A stretch of 64,000 bases of DNA from the NCBI RefSeq assembly GCF_000002075.1, contig NW_004797366.1:1019047-1083046 (forward strand). Direction: 5' to 3'. Shown here piece by piece: positions 12,086 to 26,159 of the stretch. The first letter of the stretch is position 1. Every line of letters starts with the position of its first letter. Position numbers and translations under genes: made by a program. This DNA comes from Aplysia californica (Eukaryota). Under the pieces are notes generated by a model, which had not been told where the DNA came from, did no database searches, and saw nothing but the letters and a program-made list of their open reading frames with translations.

Positions 12086-15000
12086 CAGTGCCGGATTAAG
12101 ACCCAGCTGGCCCCGAGGCACACTTCACTGAGTGGCCTGAAAAAGTTAGATACCGGTATGGTGCAAAANNNNNNNNNNNNNNNNNNNNNNNNNNNNNNNN
12201 NNNNNNNNNNNNNNNNNNNNNNNNNNNNNNNNNNNNNNNNNNNNNNNNNNNNNNNNNNNNNNNNNNNNNNNNNNNNNNNNNNNNNNNNNNNNNNNNNNNN
12301 NNNNNNNNNNNNNNNNNNNNNNNNNNNNNNNNNNNNNNNNNNNNNNNNNNTGTCAGTCTGTCAGCCAGTCCTAAGCATGACAGTATGGAATATGAACAAG
12401 ATACCAGTAAGATTTAATGTACCTGTTATGTAAGGGAAATAATTAGATCCGCTCGTAGTTCATTCCCTTTGCAGGACATTGGCTGTTAAGTTGTTTCCTC
12501 TTTGAAGAAACACTTCCATGTTGTTTATTCTGTCATTTTCATATCATAATATGGCATGTTTGTATTTCATATTCTTTGCCACCGTTTACCATTAGGCTGG
12601 TGTTGTATTATTCTATGTGGGAATGACTGAGACGTGTGAGTGTCAATTATTAATGAAGGCATGTATTCTGTATCATGTAAATAATCTAACATGTTGTGTA
12701 GATATTGTTCCTTTGACATATTGGTCATAAATAAACTGATTCGTTATGTTCGACCCAAGACGAGACTCCTGTGTTCTTGATTGATGTTCAAGTTTGCTTG
12801 CTGTTACAAGATTCCTGTTACAAGTTACAAGACCTTAACATTGGCGACGAGGATGGGATCAAGATCTACATGCAAGCAAGATCAAGGCTATTGAAACCTA
12901 CACAGCCAAGCCTGCTCTACCCAGCGCAGCCCAGCCGAGCTGACTGCCTCTACCACAAGCCTTCTACGAAGCAAGAGAGCCTTCCTAAGCCTTGGGAAGC
13001 GACACAGGAGTCTGGGGAACATCGAAAAGACAGCTTGGTGAGAAATTATTGTTTGTATACGGCTCACGTTGCGATAAGTCTACGGAGACTTATCAGTCCG
13101 CTCATTCATTGTCTAGAGTTTGTACACGTTTCGCTAGTCGTCTCGACTTTCTCCGCCCGGAGTTAGTCAAATTTTTATTGCACGCTCTCAAGGTCTATCC
13201 TCATTTCTTGCTAATCCTGAGGTCAAGGGTCCTTGGCACTCGTATTGTATTTACTTTTAGTGCCGGTCAAGTGAAGTTTTTCTGATGATCAGGGCCTAAA
13301 GGTAATGTCGGTAGGGCGTTCTTCTCACGCCTAACAGACATTAAACTCAATCCCAATCTTTGCTGTCCTTTGTTGAAACCAAAGCCAAATATCTCCTTCC
13401 ATACTTCAGCTGGAGAGCGTGCATAAGTTGAAACCTTGGCCGATCAACGTCTTGTTTTGTTTCCTGTCCTTCTTAGGACAAAACAGCGAGAAAAGTGAAA
13501 CGTGTCAAACTGGTCCGATCAACGTCTTGTTTGGTTTCCTGTCCTTCTTAGGACAAAACAACGAGAAAAGTAAAAACGTGTCAAAAGGCCGACCAACGTC
13601 TCGTGCTGTTCACTGTTCTTTTAAGAACAGAACACCGAGAAAGCGTGAGCCGTAAAGCATAATTTAGCGACGTAACAAGCTGCTGCCAGTCAGAGACCAG
13701 TCGTCATGTCTCGCTCACAGTCCCAGGATAAGTTGATCAAACTGCTGCGAGAGCAGATGAGTCAACAGCAGCAGCAGATGGAGGTGTTACTGGCCATAGT
13801 CCAACAGAATAAGACGGTCATCAGCACGAAGTTTGGAGAATTTGACCCCTCTATCGAGCTCTGGTCGGACTACTGGTCCAGATTCGAAACCTTCACTAAG
13901 GCTAACGCTATTCCAGACGATCGGCGTGCAGAAATATTCCTCACAAACCAGTCCAGTGTCGTCTACAAACTGCTGATGAATCTGGCCCAGCAACAGTCGC
14001 CACCAAGGGACATAAACAGTCTGTCAATGACGGAGATAGCAGCCCACATGACAGATCAATACAACCCTAAACGCTTCATAGTGCGAGAACGATTCAGGTT
14101 CTGGACCAACACAGAGAGGAAGCCAGGGGAGACCGTCCACGAACTGGCAGCCCGAATCAGGCAAGAAGCTGCCACGTGTGACTTTGCCTCCATCAGTGAC
14201 CCGCTGGATGAAGCCATGAGGACTCGGTTCGTCTGCTCCATCCACAATGAGGCAACCATTAAAGCCCTCTTTAAAGTTAAGGACGACGAGCTGACCTTTG
14301 CTCGTGCCATCGAACTTGCAGCAGAGGCAGAGGAGGCTTCAAAGGTCGCAAAAGAGACATTGTCTCAGGACACGGCCGTCCACAAAGTCGGGCAGTCTCA
14401 GAGACGAACGCCAGGAAAGACGTCCTGGCCTAAGCAGTAGACAACACTTCAACACAAGCCTCATCACGAGAAGAAAGGGCCGCAACAAAAACGCTGCACC
14501 AGATGTGACGGAGCCCATACACCTGATAGCTGCCGTTTTGCCACTGCCACATGCCGTTTTTGTAACATCAAGGGCCACATTGAAGCGGCATGCCGAAAGA
14601 AGAAACGCCAGCGTGTCACGATTGTGAAGACGGTCAAGGCTTCAAGCATGAAGCCCATTACACAAGACTGCTTCATATCGGGGCATCCGGTCCAGCTAGA
14701 GGTCAACACCGGCTCTAGAGATAATTTCATCTCCTTGAGCACATGGCGCCTGCTCAACAGCCCCAAGATGGCACCAACAAGCAGCCAGTACCGGTGTGCC
14801 TCTGACCAAGACCTTCCTGTCCTCGGAGTCTTCACAGCTCCGACTACGCTGGCTAAGGACGACAAACCCACACAACAAAAGTTCGTCGTCACCCGTCTGC
14901 AGCTGAACCTCCTCGGTCGAGAATCATGCAGAAGCCTAGGTCTATCCCTGGACCAGCTCCTGTGCAACAAAGTCAGCAAGGTCTTAAAGGACATCAAGCC

Positions 15001-18000
15001 TGATACGTCCCTGCAGAGCTCCTGCCAGCAACTATGTCAGGAGTTCCCAGACTTGTTCAAGAAAGAGCTGGGGACACTCAAAGACTTCGAGCTGGAGGTT
15101 CGATTCAAGCCAGACGTCCAGTCAGTTTTTCACAAGCCTCGCCCAGTCCCTATTGCAGTACAGGAAGATCTGGATAGTGCCATTCAAGCCGGCATCAACA
15201 GAGGTATCTGGGAGCCAGTCCAGTTCAACTCATATGGTACGCCAGTGGTAGCCTACCTATCAAGAAGAAGTCTCCACAAGGTCAGAGCAGTATCAGAGTC
15301 TGCGGTGACTACTCTGTCACTGTGAACCAGCAACTGGAGACACATCGTCACCCGATGCCACAGCCGGAGGATCTCATGCGGAGACTGGGTAGAGGCCACT
15401 GTTTCACGAAGATTGACCTCGCTGACGCATACAATCAGATCTGCCTTGGCCCAGAGTCGCAGAAGAAACTTGCCCTCAGCACTCACAAAGGCGTCCTGCT
15501 ACAGAAACGCCTGCCGTTTGGAATAACCTCTGCTCCCGGTTATTTCCAAGAAATCATGGACCAGTTAACTCAAGACCTGCCTGGTGTGGCCGTCTACCTG
15601 GACGACATCCTTGTCAGCGGCAACAATGCGGCGGAACACCTGCAGAATCTCCGAGGCCTGCTCCAGCGTCTACAAGACAAGGGACTACGCTGCCGGTTGG
15701 AGAAGTGCTCCTTTGCTCAGCCTTTTGTAGAGTACCTGGGACACTACCTTTCCAAGAACGGTATTGCTAAAGGTCCAAAAACAGATGCCATCATGAAGTT
15801 ACAAGACCTTAACAGTACCTAAGGTCTCACAACACTAAAATTATGTATTATTTTTTTTTACATAGATTGCCACGTTGCGTGCTTTTGCAACAGCGAATTC
15901 ACCAGCGTCTTTGTTAATGTCGACGTTGTGCAGTAAATCGCTTTCAATTGAAACTATTGAAAGAAGTACTAGCATTCCTAGCCGCTACTGAGACATGGTT
16001 GAACGCTTAACGTCTTTAATGCGTTTCAGTTGCGAAAATGAACGCTTGCCAGTGCAGTTAGTTGACATTAGAGACAGGTACATCCGCAATGCTATCTCGC
16101 TGTCTGGAAAAGCTGAGTGGAAACCAGTGGTTTGCAAGAGTTTGAAAATGCTCTGAACGCTTCCAGTTGTATTATCCGGATGTACTTGCTCTTTCACCCA
16201 ACCTAGGTACTGTCTAAATTACATTGGAAAGTTAGGAGAAAGGTCATGTGGATAGACATTAACAAGTGTTGATGTTGCAGCATTTATGTCTTCAGCTGAC
16301 ATTGAATCTTACTCTGTTAAAACACCAGACCGCTGCACTACTGTTGAATAGGCGTCAATTCGTCTGCATAGGGCACTTTTCCGTTGGTCCATGATAACCA
16401 AGAATGTCTTCACTTTGAATTTCTCCTGACCCGACATTTCATCCACCACTCTTGCGCATCTCCGTCATCTACTGTTTTCCTATGTACACGTGCTCTCCGA
16501 CTGTCTGATTTATATATGCTGCTTCCACATCGATCACTTGCCTTGTCATGGTAAAAGTCAAACATTCCTCGACACTCATCTATATATGTGTTTAAATGTC
16601 TTAACAATCCAATGGCTGGGCTTAGTTCAATAGTTGAATTTTGTAGCAGTTTACTGCAGCAATTGAAGCGATTTAAAATGTCATTCCAAAGTTCACACAT
16701 GAAAGCAACTTCAATGGTGTCCATATAACTTGCAAGTGTGCCAGCTTCGTACTTCGTGAGACCATTCTGGTCAATATCTTCTGCAATCTCTTGAAGGGCA
16801 CTTTGGAATTCTTTGTAGCCCCTGAAGACTGCTTCTGTCGCATCAGCCCGGGCAGACCACCGGGTAACCCATGGGTGTTTTGGGACAAGACATTCAGGAT
16901 TTTCCTCAACGTGTCGTAATAAAATATTTCAACGAAATGTTGATGCAACAAAAAATGAATACAAACGCTGCAGGATGTGTTGCTCGAGATGTTGATGAAT
17001 GTCAAAAAGCGCCCCTCGGGCCGGTGATCTACCATATTGCCATAGCGTAAAACAATGGTTAACTGATCAGAATGGGTAACATCTGGAGTAGAATCTACGG
17101 AGATTGAAAAGTACCTTGGCTTAGGAATTTAATCCTTTATGAGGTCAAAAACATGCTTGCCTAACAAGTTAAGGAATTCTTCACAGGTTGTTTTTGACAA
17201 GTATGAACAGTTGGTGGATCAAAATTCGGGTGTGGCTAAGGCTGCTTTCACTTCTTTACCACCAAATAGCAAGCAATGAGAACAAAACAGTGGTGATTTG
17301 TCCATACTCACGGCGAGCCACGACATTTTGAGATCACTTCAAATTCAAACGAGAAGAGTCACCTTTGTCTTTCTTCTCTTTGTTCTATGTTAAATTCTTC
17401 TGGAAGCTGAGGACGAACCCGTTTCACTTCCAAACTTCTCTAATTAATTTTCATCTGATGAAAAAGTTGCCTCAAAAGTGGTTTGATGTAATTAATAACT
17501 GTTGAATCTCCTGTTGCAGACACACAAACATGCATAGACAGCACTCCACGAGCTCGGGGGTTTTGTAAACACAGTTCACCTTTCACCTCATGTACACTTA
17601 GAAAACTGTCGAATTTGGCAGAAATTAGGCTAGAAATGTAGCATTCGCAGGCTTTTGACTCCAGTAGGGCCACAACTTTGGAATTATTATCTGGGTTGCC
17701 AGGTATCTGGTGACTTTAGACTTTATTTAGAGGCTAAAGGTGCTTGATTTGAAACCCACTGCCAATGATTCAATTTAATTTTAGAAAAAAGATTTAGCCT
17801 AGAGAGAGGCCAAACAAAATGTCACAGCACTTTCTGAACTAGGCCTGGGACTATTAACCCAGTCGGACTCTGGCTTGGGCTAGCTTAGGGCTATTCTATT
17901 TGTGGCCTTCCAGACTGGCCTTGCTGTGGCCTGATCAAAACGGGGGGGAAATCCGAAAAAATGTGGCCTTTGTTGTACCCTGTTGGTGGCCTGTTTGTGG

Positions 18001-18062
18001 CCTATTTTTTTGAGTGGCCCCAAGGCAATTGCCATATTTGCCTAATGGTTAATCCGGCACTG
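12086..18062 (-). mobile_element. hAT DNA transposon with decayed transposase; truncated duplicate at 4980-10709
   Basis: TIR CAGTGCCGGATTAA / TTAATCCGGCACTG. Perfect 8-bp TSD CCCCAAAG (12078-12085, 18063-18070). Minus-strand transposase remnants include FSISVDSTPDVTHSDQL and a hATC-like SFSQLKRIK..RSTMSQ. Confidence 0.9.
12424..15814 (+). mobile_element. Second copy of the deleted Gypsy element
   Basis: Same ends, TSD and lesions at +7106. The protease motif reads NTG in this copy. Confidence 0.92.
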
Positions 18063-20823
18063 CCCCAAAGTCAAAATTTGGCTCAAAGTTATGGAATCTG
18101 AGTTGTAGGCATTTTTAGCTTCCTCAGCCTCTCCTACAACTATTTCATCACATAGGAACCCCCCAAAACGGTATTTTTTTCCCATACCAGGTATGTTTGT
18201 CACCTCCATTTCCTCATAAAGTCAGTATTTTATTTTTCTTTATCGGCCGTTTTCACAAAACGCGACTTTTCTCTATACCTTTTTTGAATAACTCCACCAT
18301 TTTTCACCTAATCTTCATGAAATTTTTACAGAATGAAGAAAAGATATAATACTAAATATTTGTTTGTTGAATTTGTGATATATAGAATAGATTTTTGTTA
18401 GTGGTGTCTGGAGTGTGGATTTTTACGGATTTGTTGAAAACTTGAATGCTACCTCAGGAAAAAATTCATAAAAAATTTCTAATTCGTTTAAGAAAAAAAA
18501 CAACAAACACATTTTAGATCTAATGTTTGTGAACACGCATGCAAAAAAACTCCACTCAATTTCCATGAGCGATAAGTGAGGTATTCATTACGTTAGACAT
18601 GTCAACAAAATCCAATATGGCCGCCGTATCCATGGAAACGACACTTTTCTCAAGTTTGATTGCGGATTTAAAGACTCCTTACTATGCTTGTTATATGTGT
18701 GAAATTTTATAAAATTCGGTTCTGTAATAAGCGAGATAGCCTTTAAGTGTACCCCCCCCCCTTAAAACTTTGCTTGGGGTGGCGTCGGGAGGCTAGTGGT
18801 TAGGTTCTGTGGTTCTAACCCCACCTCGATCCGACGCTGTATCCTTGGGAGAGGGGTGTTAAACCGTAGTTAAACGTAAGCCAATTTTTCCCTTTCATGA
18901 GATCTCAGCTTCAGCAGGCTTGCCGCTGCACAGCGTTAGGTGGGTCATGTGTCTGTATCGCGCTGACAGAACACCCGACTCTGAGTTCTTTGGTCTAATA
19001 ATTTTAAAGTAGATCTTCTTTAACTATATACTATGAAAGAATCAGACTGTGACTGGTTCGTCTACCCTTGTTGTTTTCCCCAAAGCTCTAGGTCAACGTG
19101 GAACAAGGAAAAGATTTCTTTGGTTGAAGAGCAACTTACTTTATTTGTTAAAATGCTCCCAGATATAGCGNNNNNNNNNNNNNNNNNNNNNNNNNNNNNN
19201 NNNNNNNNNNNNNNNNNNNNNNNNNNNNNNNNNNNNNNNNNNNNNNNNNNNNNNNNNNNNNNNNNNNNNNNNNNNNNNNNNNNNNNNNNNNNNNNNNNNN
19301 NNNNNNNNNNNNNNNNNNNNNNNNNNNNNNNNNNNNNNNNNNNNNNNNNNNNNNNNNNNNNNNNNNNNNNNNNNNNNNNNNNNNNNNNNNNNNNNNNNNN
19401 NNNNNNNNNNNNNNNNNNNNNNNNNNNACTGGAGCACACTTGCATTTCGTATTGAATATTCCCACTCGACGTTACGGTTTTCGAAGATATTTTCTGTGTG
19501 TCGGAAATGGCTGATCTTGAAGCTCTCTGTAGATTTTTTTTGTGCAGACCGTTCTACAGAAAAAAATGTATTAATATTAAGAATGCAGTAGAGGTTAGAT
19601 CTATAAGTTCCCTGTAATTGAATTGAGTGTATGTGTGGGAATAAAATATGTACATATTCTAGCGGAGATTCTTATATATGTCAGGTTGTCTATAAACTAG
19701 TTTATCCACGCTACATACTCTCTTGAAATTCACTAAGGCTCAGTTTCAATGCAAATATTAATTATTACCACATTACAGTATCATTGACAGATAGATAAAT
19801 AGAAAGATAGATAGATAGATTAATGATTTGTTGCTGGCTAAGATCTTACATAACAAGATAGTTCACTCCTCTTTTTGAGCCAGTTAAAAAAGTATCTTCA
19901 AAATCCAGGGGCGCCCTTTTCGAAAAAATGCGGACTTTGCTAAAAGAGTTACCCTACTTGTACGAAAAACAATAAAAGGGAAACTAACAAACTGGGCTAT
20001 TCTTATAAACGATAGGGATCCAAGGGTGCAGCCTCTCCAATTTGTTGTTTGGTAAGACTCTGTCACGACCCTTAGATGTTACTATATTCAAGACATAATT
20101 TCTCACAAGTGAGACATTACAGCTCCATAGCTGATTCGAGGTTTTGAGTAGCAGTTCCCCCTATGTTGTTCCAGCACAGTATGAGCATGACATGGATACA
20201 TCAGCCTATTTACAATTCTACTGGGAATAAGAACATGTTAATATCCACCCCTTTTGGGAATGGTCTAAAGACAACTTCAGTCAGTAGCACTACCCTGGAG
20301 GGGGAAGGGGGGGGGGGTGTTGACCTTTGTTTCCATTGAGAGAGAAGCATTTGTTCAGAAGTGGCAAGCGGGCTGATTTCAGTAAACACTTTTTTCCCAA
20401 TCTTCTCTTATTCGGTTTTAGATATTTGCCATGATGATGTGAGGAAATATTGTAGAAATCCTGGACTCCTTTCTCCTGTGTTGTAAAAGTTTTTCTTTGT
20501 TAATTTGCTTGCCGTTTCGTCAGAATCATGGGTATTGATAGTGGCGCAGCATAAGAAAACACATCGTTTCTCATGGGAGTGTATTCGATTATGTTAGAGT
20601 CGTGTGGGAGAAATCAGTGTTGCCAGACAATTTGAATTATGCATGATAATTAATCGGTGTCGTTTTCAATGAAAAGCACCAGTGAAATTAGTTACCTATT
20701 TGTTTTCTTCACTTTAATCTCGATTAAACAAATAATGACCATCTCCATTATAGCTAGGGCTAGCAAAGTTGCACTGTTTCAGCGATTTTAGATTGCCATG
20801 GTTAATAAAAAACCAATATTATA

Positions 20824-22312
20824 CCGAGTTGCAAAAGTTCTGTCACACCCACCTTAAAAGTATAATAACTCATTTACTACTCAACATAGCCAAGAGAAAT
20901 TCGGTACACGAGATCTTTATTCTTTTTCTGCCAACATGACTTAAAAAGAATTGACAAATGTCTTTCCTTATTCAAGGGAGATAATTTTATTCACCCTGAC
21001 TCTTGCAAAATCCAAATCAAAGTTTGCTCAGCTTGAATTACTGATACAAAATGTCTGTTCACTGACTAAATTGAAGTCTTTATGGATGTCTGGAGAATCC
21101 CCTGCCATTCCTTGTGAAGTGCAGCCTTCAGTTCCTGACCAGTTTGTACGGAGTGCAGCCTGTTTCTAATCCTCCAGTCAAGGTCAACTTACAGATGTTC
21201 TTTTGGGTAATGGCTTGTGGATCTAGCAGGCCAGTCTAGAACGACGATTTGATGAGTTTGGAAGAAGTTTTCACTGATCGTAGCCATTTGTGGTCGGGGG
21301 TTGTCTTGTTAGCACATTCCATCATCCGTGCCATGTAGCGTAGTCACCGTGACGAATAATTTCGTCACAATAATGTCGTTATTTGAGGTTGCTTTAAAAA
21401 GTAACTAAAGGTATACAATAAAAAGCAGAGATTCCACCCCCTGCCGTCACATTTCCGCCACCTTCGGGCCTCTTGGGGGACGTTGGGTTTACGAAAGTTC
21501 TATTCTCTTCTTTTAAACACTTTTCCTCTTCAATCAATGAGACGAATTAAAAACCTTAATCATTGCTGAAAAACACACTTTACAAACATCTTTAGTTTTA
21601 TCGACAATGTTGTTTTTCTAAAATTCGGCGATTTCTTCTATGAAACAGGGTTAGAATGGCTCCATGTAAAGGGCGATAATCACGCAATCCACGATCTTAT
21701 AAATGTCTAATAATGATGTTTCAAGACAGTCCGAAGTGCCTGGCAGTCTCTGCACTAAGTTAGAATGGGTTTTGAACTTGGGTGTTGACAATAACCCAAT
21801 TCTGATGTCGAGTTGTCGCCCTTTGTTGGCCACGTCTAGGCTTGTCTTGGACAGTTCTAGCGATGTTAAAACGTTTGTTCAAGCGTTAGATGGTCCTGCT
21901 GCAAACATTTACCTGTCTTGCAACAGCAGAAAGCGCAATTAAATAATTTATCATACATACAGCCCCTTTATTTTCTGAATTTATCATTTTTTAAACTTTG
22001 AAAACAGGAGAAAAAGGTACCCAACCGTTCAAAAGTACGGAATTTTATAGTGTGTCAGGTGTATTTACATATTGTCTACGTGATTCAAAGCGAATTTTGT
22101 GTGTAGGAAGCGTTGATTTTAACACAGACCGAGAGAAATCAATACCAGCACTTTGTTCACGTACTACTTCCGGTTTACTATTTCTTTGGTCTGCTCTTGC
22201 ACAAGAAGTCTCATAAGTCTCACAAGTCATACTTTTAACTTTTACTGCAATTCTTAAACTATGCCGAAAATTATCGAAATATAATGGGTGTGACAGAACT
22301 TTTGCAACTCGG
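20824..22312 (-). mobile_element. Tc1 DNA transposon, decayed
   Basis: 28-bp TIR CCGAGTTGCAAAAGTTCTGTCACACCCA at both ends with TA flanks. The minus strand translates to SAVARQVNV..RTVQDKPRRG (HTH, about 21620-21940) and QDNPRP..VLDWPARS..PKEHL (catalytic region, about 21070-21330). Confidence 0.88.
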
Positions 22313-22635
22313 TATATATAACTATAATGTTGTCAAAATTGTATGTTTCTCTTTCTATACATCATTCAAAGGATCAAATCTTCAGAATCGAGGAATATAA
22401 TATTGGCATGAAATAAAGTGTACAATACTCAAAAAGGTATCCCTAATATGCATATATGGGCACATCAATGTCTCAAAATGCAAATTTGACCCAAGCTTTG
22501 GTTTTAGTTTTAGTAGAGGTTTTACGGCGCTCACAGTCCAACTGGGGCTGACAGGGATGAAACGTCCCCAGTCAGCAGAAAGACGGAGGTAATCTATAAA
22601 AATTCTCCCCAAACTTTACTTTTTTCCCTTTTCTG

Positions 22636-22810
22636 TTGTTTTAGTAGAAATTTTACTGCGCTCACAACTGCATAAGGTCATATGAGCGCCAGAAGATTAG
22701 AGCTGTTACAAGAGAGTAACAAACATAAAAAAGAAGAAGGGGAGATAAGGACGATAGATGTTTCATAGGAAAGAAGAAGCAAACCATACCAGAGCACCCG
22801 CCGACCACCC
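22636..22810 (-). mobile_element. 3' end fragment of an I/Nimb-like element (inverted copy of 3179-3360)
   Basis: Reverse-complement match to 3179-3360. A shorter tail copy lies at about 22503-22533. Confidence 0.6.
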
Positions 22811-24995
22811 ACTGACCCATGCAGATGGTCGAAAAATGACTATATCAGTGAGATGAGTTAAGGTATGAAAATGATAGTACACGTAGAAGCGTTCAGGTCA
22901 CGTCTTTATTGATAAGCACAGGAAAATATTAAACTGATAATAAATTCGCCTCACTTCAGAGGTAAGCCCACTTGTGGATGTTATTTTAAAAAATGACTAT
23001 ATCAAATGGATTTTGGCATACACATGCAGCTACTTAAAAGACATAAATTCTGAAACAGACATGGTCTGAAGACTTCTTATAATGATATTTTAATGAACTT
23101 GATAGTTCCGTGTACCCACTTCAGAAGTATTTTCAACCCTTCTTCTTTCAGTGTGTGACCACCAGAGTGTGTGGTGTAGCGGTTAGGTGTCCTGCCATAG
23201 TATGCACAAGTCTGATTCTTATCTGGAATTAACTTTCACCCGGTAACTCGCCGTCTTTCGCCTGGAACGTCGTATCGCTCTCAGCCAGGACATGTTCTGA
23301 CGGGTAGTGTCGAAGCATACCCCCTAAATGATCTAAATGGTGTAGATACAGGGCGTAAAACGCATATATTAGCTCATTAAAGAGCGTATCTGACAGGAAC
23401 ACACAGGGGAATCTGCATGCCCATAGATCTCTGTACTGATACCGAACAACAGCCAACACCGATGAAAACGTAGGAACAGTAACGCACAGGTTATTTTTAA
23501 CTATAAAACATTTTGAGAAAAATACACAATATTACAAATATTACAATTACATGTTCACCATAATGTGAACATATTCATACTTAAAGTCCACGGTTCTTGA
23601 TTAAATTATACCTACATTCTGATAGATTATCCAATCCCTGATACAGCTGAGTTCATATCCTTTAGATCAATGTAAGGTTTCAAAACAAATCGAAGAAAGA
23701 AAGAACAACCCCAACAAATCAAGACAAATCAAAACAAAAGAAAACAACAACAACAACAAAACATCAGGATAATTAATCTTTGAAACGTGAATTCTTTCAC
23801 TGGACACAAAAATCAACCTATAACAAAATCAAAATAATCAGTAACAATCCTTCTACATCTTGATTTCCATCATGATGCAGTACTGGGTGGCCCTATCTTT
23901 TGTCTACCACGGATGCTTCGCATTTCAGTAGCAATACATGCCTCCTTTTTTCACCTCAATGCCCTTACTGTTTTGGGTTATCTGTGAAACGAATACCACG
24001 CAGGCTCAATCCAAGCCTTCCCTAGGCTTCCCCTCGACATAAAACTANNNNNNNNNNNNNNNNNNNNNNNNNNNNNNNNNNNNNNNNNNNNNNNNNNNNN
24101 NNNNNNNNNNNNNNNNNNNNNNNNNNNNNNNNNNNNNNNNNNNNNNNNNNNNNNNNNNNNNNNNNNNNNNNNNNNNNNNNNNNNNNNNNNNNNNNNNNNN
24201 NNNNNNNNNNNNNNNNNNNNNNNNNNNNNNNNNNNNNNNNNNNNNNNNNNNNNNNNNNNNNNNNNNNNNNNNNNNNNNNNNNNNNNNNNNNNNNNNNNNN
24301 NNNNNNNNNNNNNNNNNNNNNNNNNNNNNNNNNNNNNNNNNNNNNNNNNNNNNNNNNNNNNNNNNNNNNNNNNNNNNNNNNNNNNNNNNNNNNNNNNNNN
24401 NNNNNNNNNNNNNNNNNNNNNNNNNNNNNNNNNNNNNNNNNNNNNNNNNNNNNNNNNNNNNNNNNNNNNNNNNNNNNNNNNNNNNNNNNNNNNNNNNNNN
24501 NNNNNNNNNNNNNNNNNNNNNNNNNNNNNNNNNNNNNNNNNNNNNNNNNNNNNNNNNNNNNNNNNNNNNNNNNNNNNNNNNNNNNNNNNNNNNNNNNNNN
24601 NNNNNNNNNNNNNNNNNNNNNNNNNNNNNNNNNNNNNNNNNNNNNNNNNNNNNNNNNNNNNNNNNNNNNNNNNNNNNNNNNNNNNNNNNNNNNNNNNNNN
24701 NNNNNNNNNNNNNNNNNNNNNNNNNNNNNNNNNNNNNNNNNNNNNNNNNNNNNNNNNNNNNNNNNNNNNNNNNNNNNNNNNNNNNNNNNNNNNNNNNNNN
24801 NNNNNNNNNNNNNNNNNNNNNNNNNNNNNNNNNNNNNNNNNNNNNNNNNNNNNNNNNNNNNNNNNNNNNNNNNNNNNNNNNNNNNNNNNNNNNNNNNNNN
24901 NNNNNNNNNNNNNNNNNNNNNNNNNNNNNNNNNNNNNNNNNNNNNNNNNNNNNNNNNNNNNNNNNNNNNNNNNNNNNNNNNNNNNNNNNNNNNNN

Positions 24996-25052
<57 letters not shown>

Positions 25053-25364
25053 GGACAGGAAATTGGACGCAACCTTTGAACTTTCCATATTTTGAAAGAT
25101 TTTTCATCAGGCAGCGCTTAGGAATTTAACCATTACCTATACAAATGCATTGCAATTCAAAATATTATTTCTCTAAAGGCCAATAAACACTTTTCTTTTA
25201 AAAAATCCAGATCACAGAAAAATAAAACAGCCTAATAATTGGAAACCAAACACTAACCATGCGCTGACATCGATTGTACACTTGCCTGACTCCTGCAAAC
25301 TAACTTCATTAACATTGCCTGTTTCACCTTTACGTATGAATGGGACCACCACTTCGCTACCTTA

Positions 25365-26159
25365 AGCCCCGGTTACACGCAACGATAAATTGTATAAGAT
25401 TCGTTGTATGAGGAACTGTCCGTTTTATCGAACTCTGTTGTCTGTTTACACGTTCCAACCTATCATCCAGTTTTCTTTCGATGAAGGAAATTCCTCGTCA
25501 TAAAGCCACGCTGTCTCTTTGCGACGACAGCGATTTGCCTGCACTCTATGTGACGGTTTCGAGCTCTGGACCTAATGAATGAAAGGCAAACACTGTACCT
25601 CTAGATCACGAGAGCCCGCTCTCCCCTGTACATTTCAATATAGCAGAACAGTGTCTTTAGAAAAGGGTGGTCATACAGTACCGTGTTGTGTGTTGAAGTA
25701 AAAGCTTTGACACGACTGCTGATGTACAACGCACCAGGTGCCCTTGATGCACAGCTTCACAATTGACGATTAACTAAATATAAATAATAAAATTGCTAAA
25801 ATATCTAATAACGCACCAAATCAGGTTCTCCGCGAGCAGCTTTGATTATTTTGAGACGCAGATTCTGAATATGAAATCAGTTCTTACCTACTATAAATAT
25901 TTTTAAAAATTTGAGCCCTGAGTTTAATTCTGCGCGGCGGCAAATTTCAAAGTGAATCTACGTCACAGCGCATCTCCCTCAAATCTGATCGTGGTCGCAC
26001 GGAAAATATCGAGTAGCGATTGATTTCTCGACCGAGTCTCCAAGCCAGCGTCCAATCGTCCAAATTTTGTACAATTTTGGGGTTACACCTAACGATTTAT
26101 CGTATGATCGCTAGATCGTCCAGTTTTTGTAAAATTTATGGTTGCGTGTAACCGGGGCT
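25365..26159. mobile_element. PIF/Harbinger MITE
   Basis: TIR AGCCCCGGTTACACGCAAC at both ends, with 3-bp TSD TTA (25362-25364, 26160-26162). Confidence 0.85.

Larger units (their letters stand above)
3705..17815. repeat. Direct duplication with 7106-bp offset (about 3705-10709 and 10810-17815), separated by a 100-N gap
   Basis: Constant offset of 7106 at every landmark checked. Only substitutions seen, e.g. SDYL/SDYW and VDTG/VNTG. Confidence 0.95.
12044..18761. mobile_element. Kolobok-like non-autonomous element (about 0.75 kb without its insert) hosting the hAT
   Basis: Left end poly-G+CTACAC, right end GTGTAC+poly-C followed by TTAA (18762-18765). The left flank TTAG is an imperfect TSD. 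It is split by the hAT at CCCCAAAG. Confidence 0.45.

Noticed and set aside
19900-20100. Possible ancient LINE RT remnant (QGCSLSNLLF)
   Set aside because: Only one motif among stop codons, too weak to call.
23229-23480. Possible GPCR pseudogene fragment (SVSVQRSMGMQIPL in one minus frame)
   Set aside because: This is a single weak motif with no other helices or similarity to the two receptors.
23978-25107. Long ORFs spanning N runs here and elsewhere
   Set aside because: These are artefacts of masked or gap bases translated as X.
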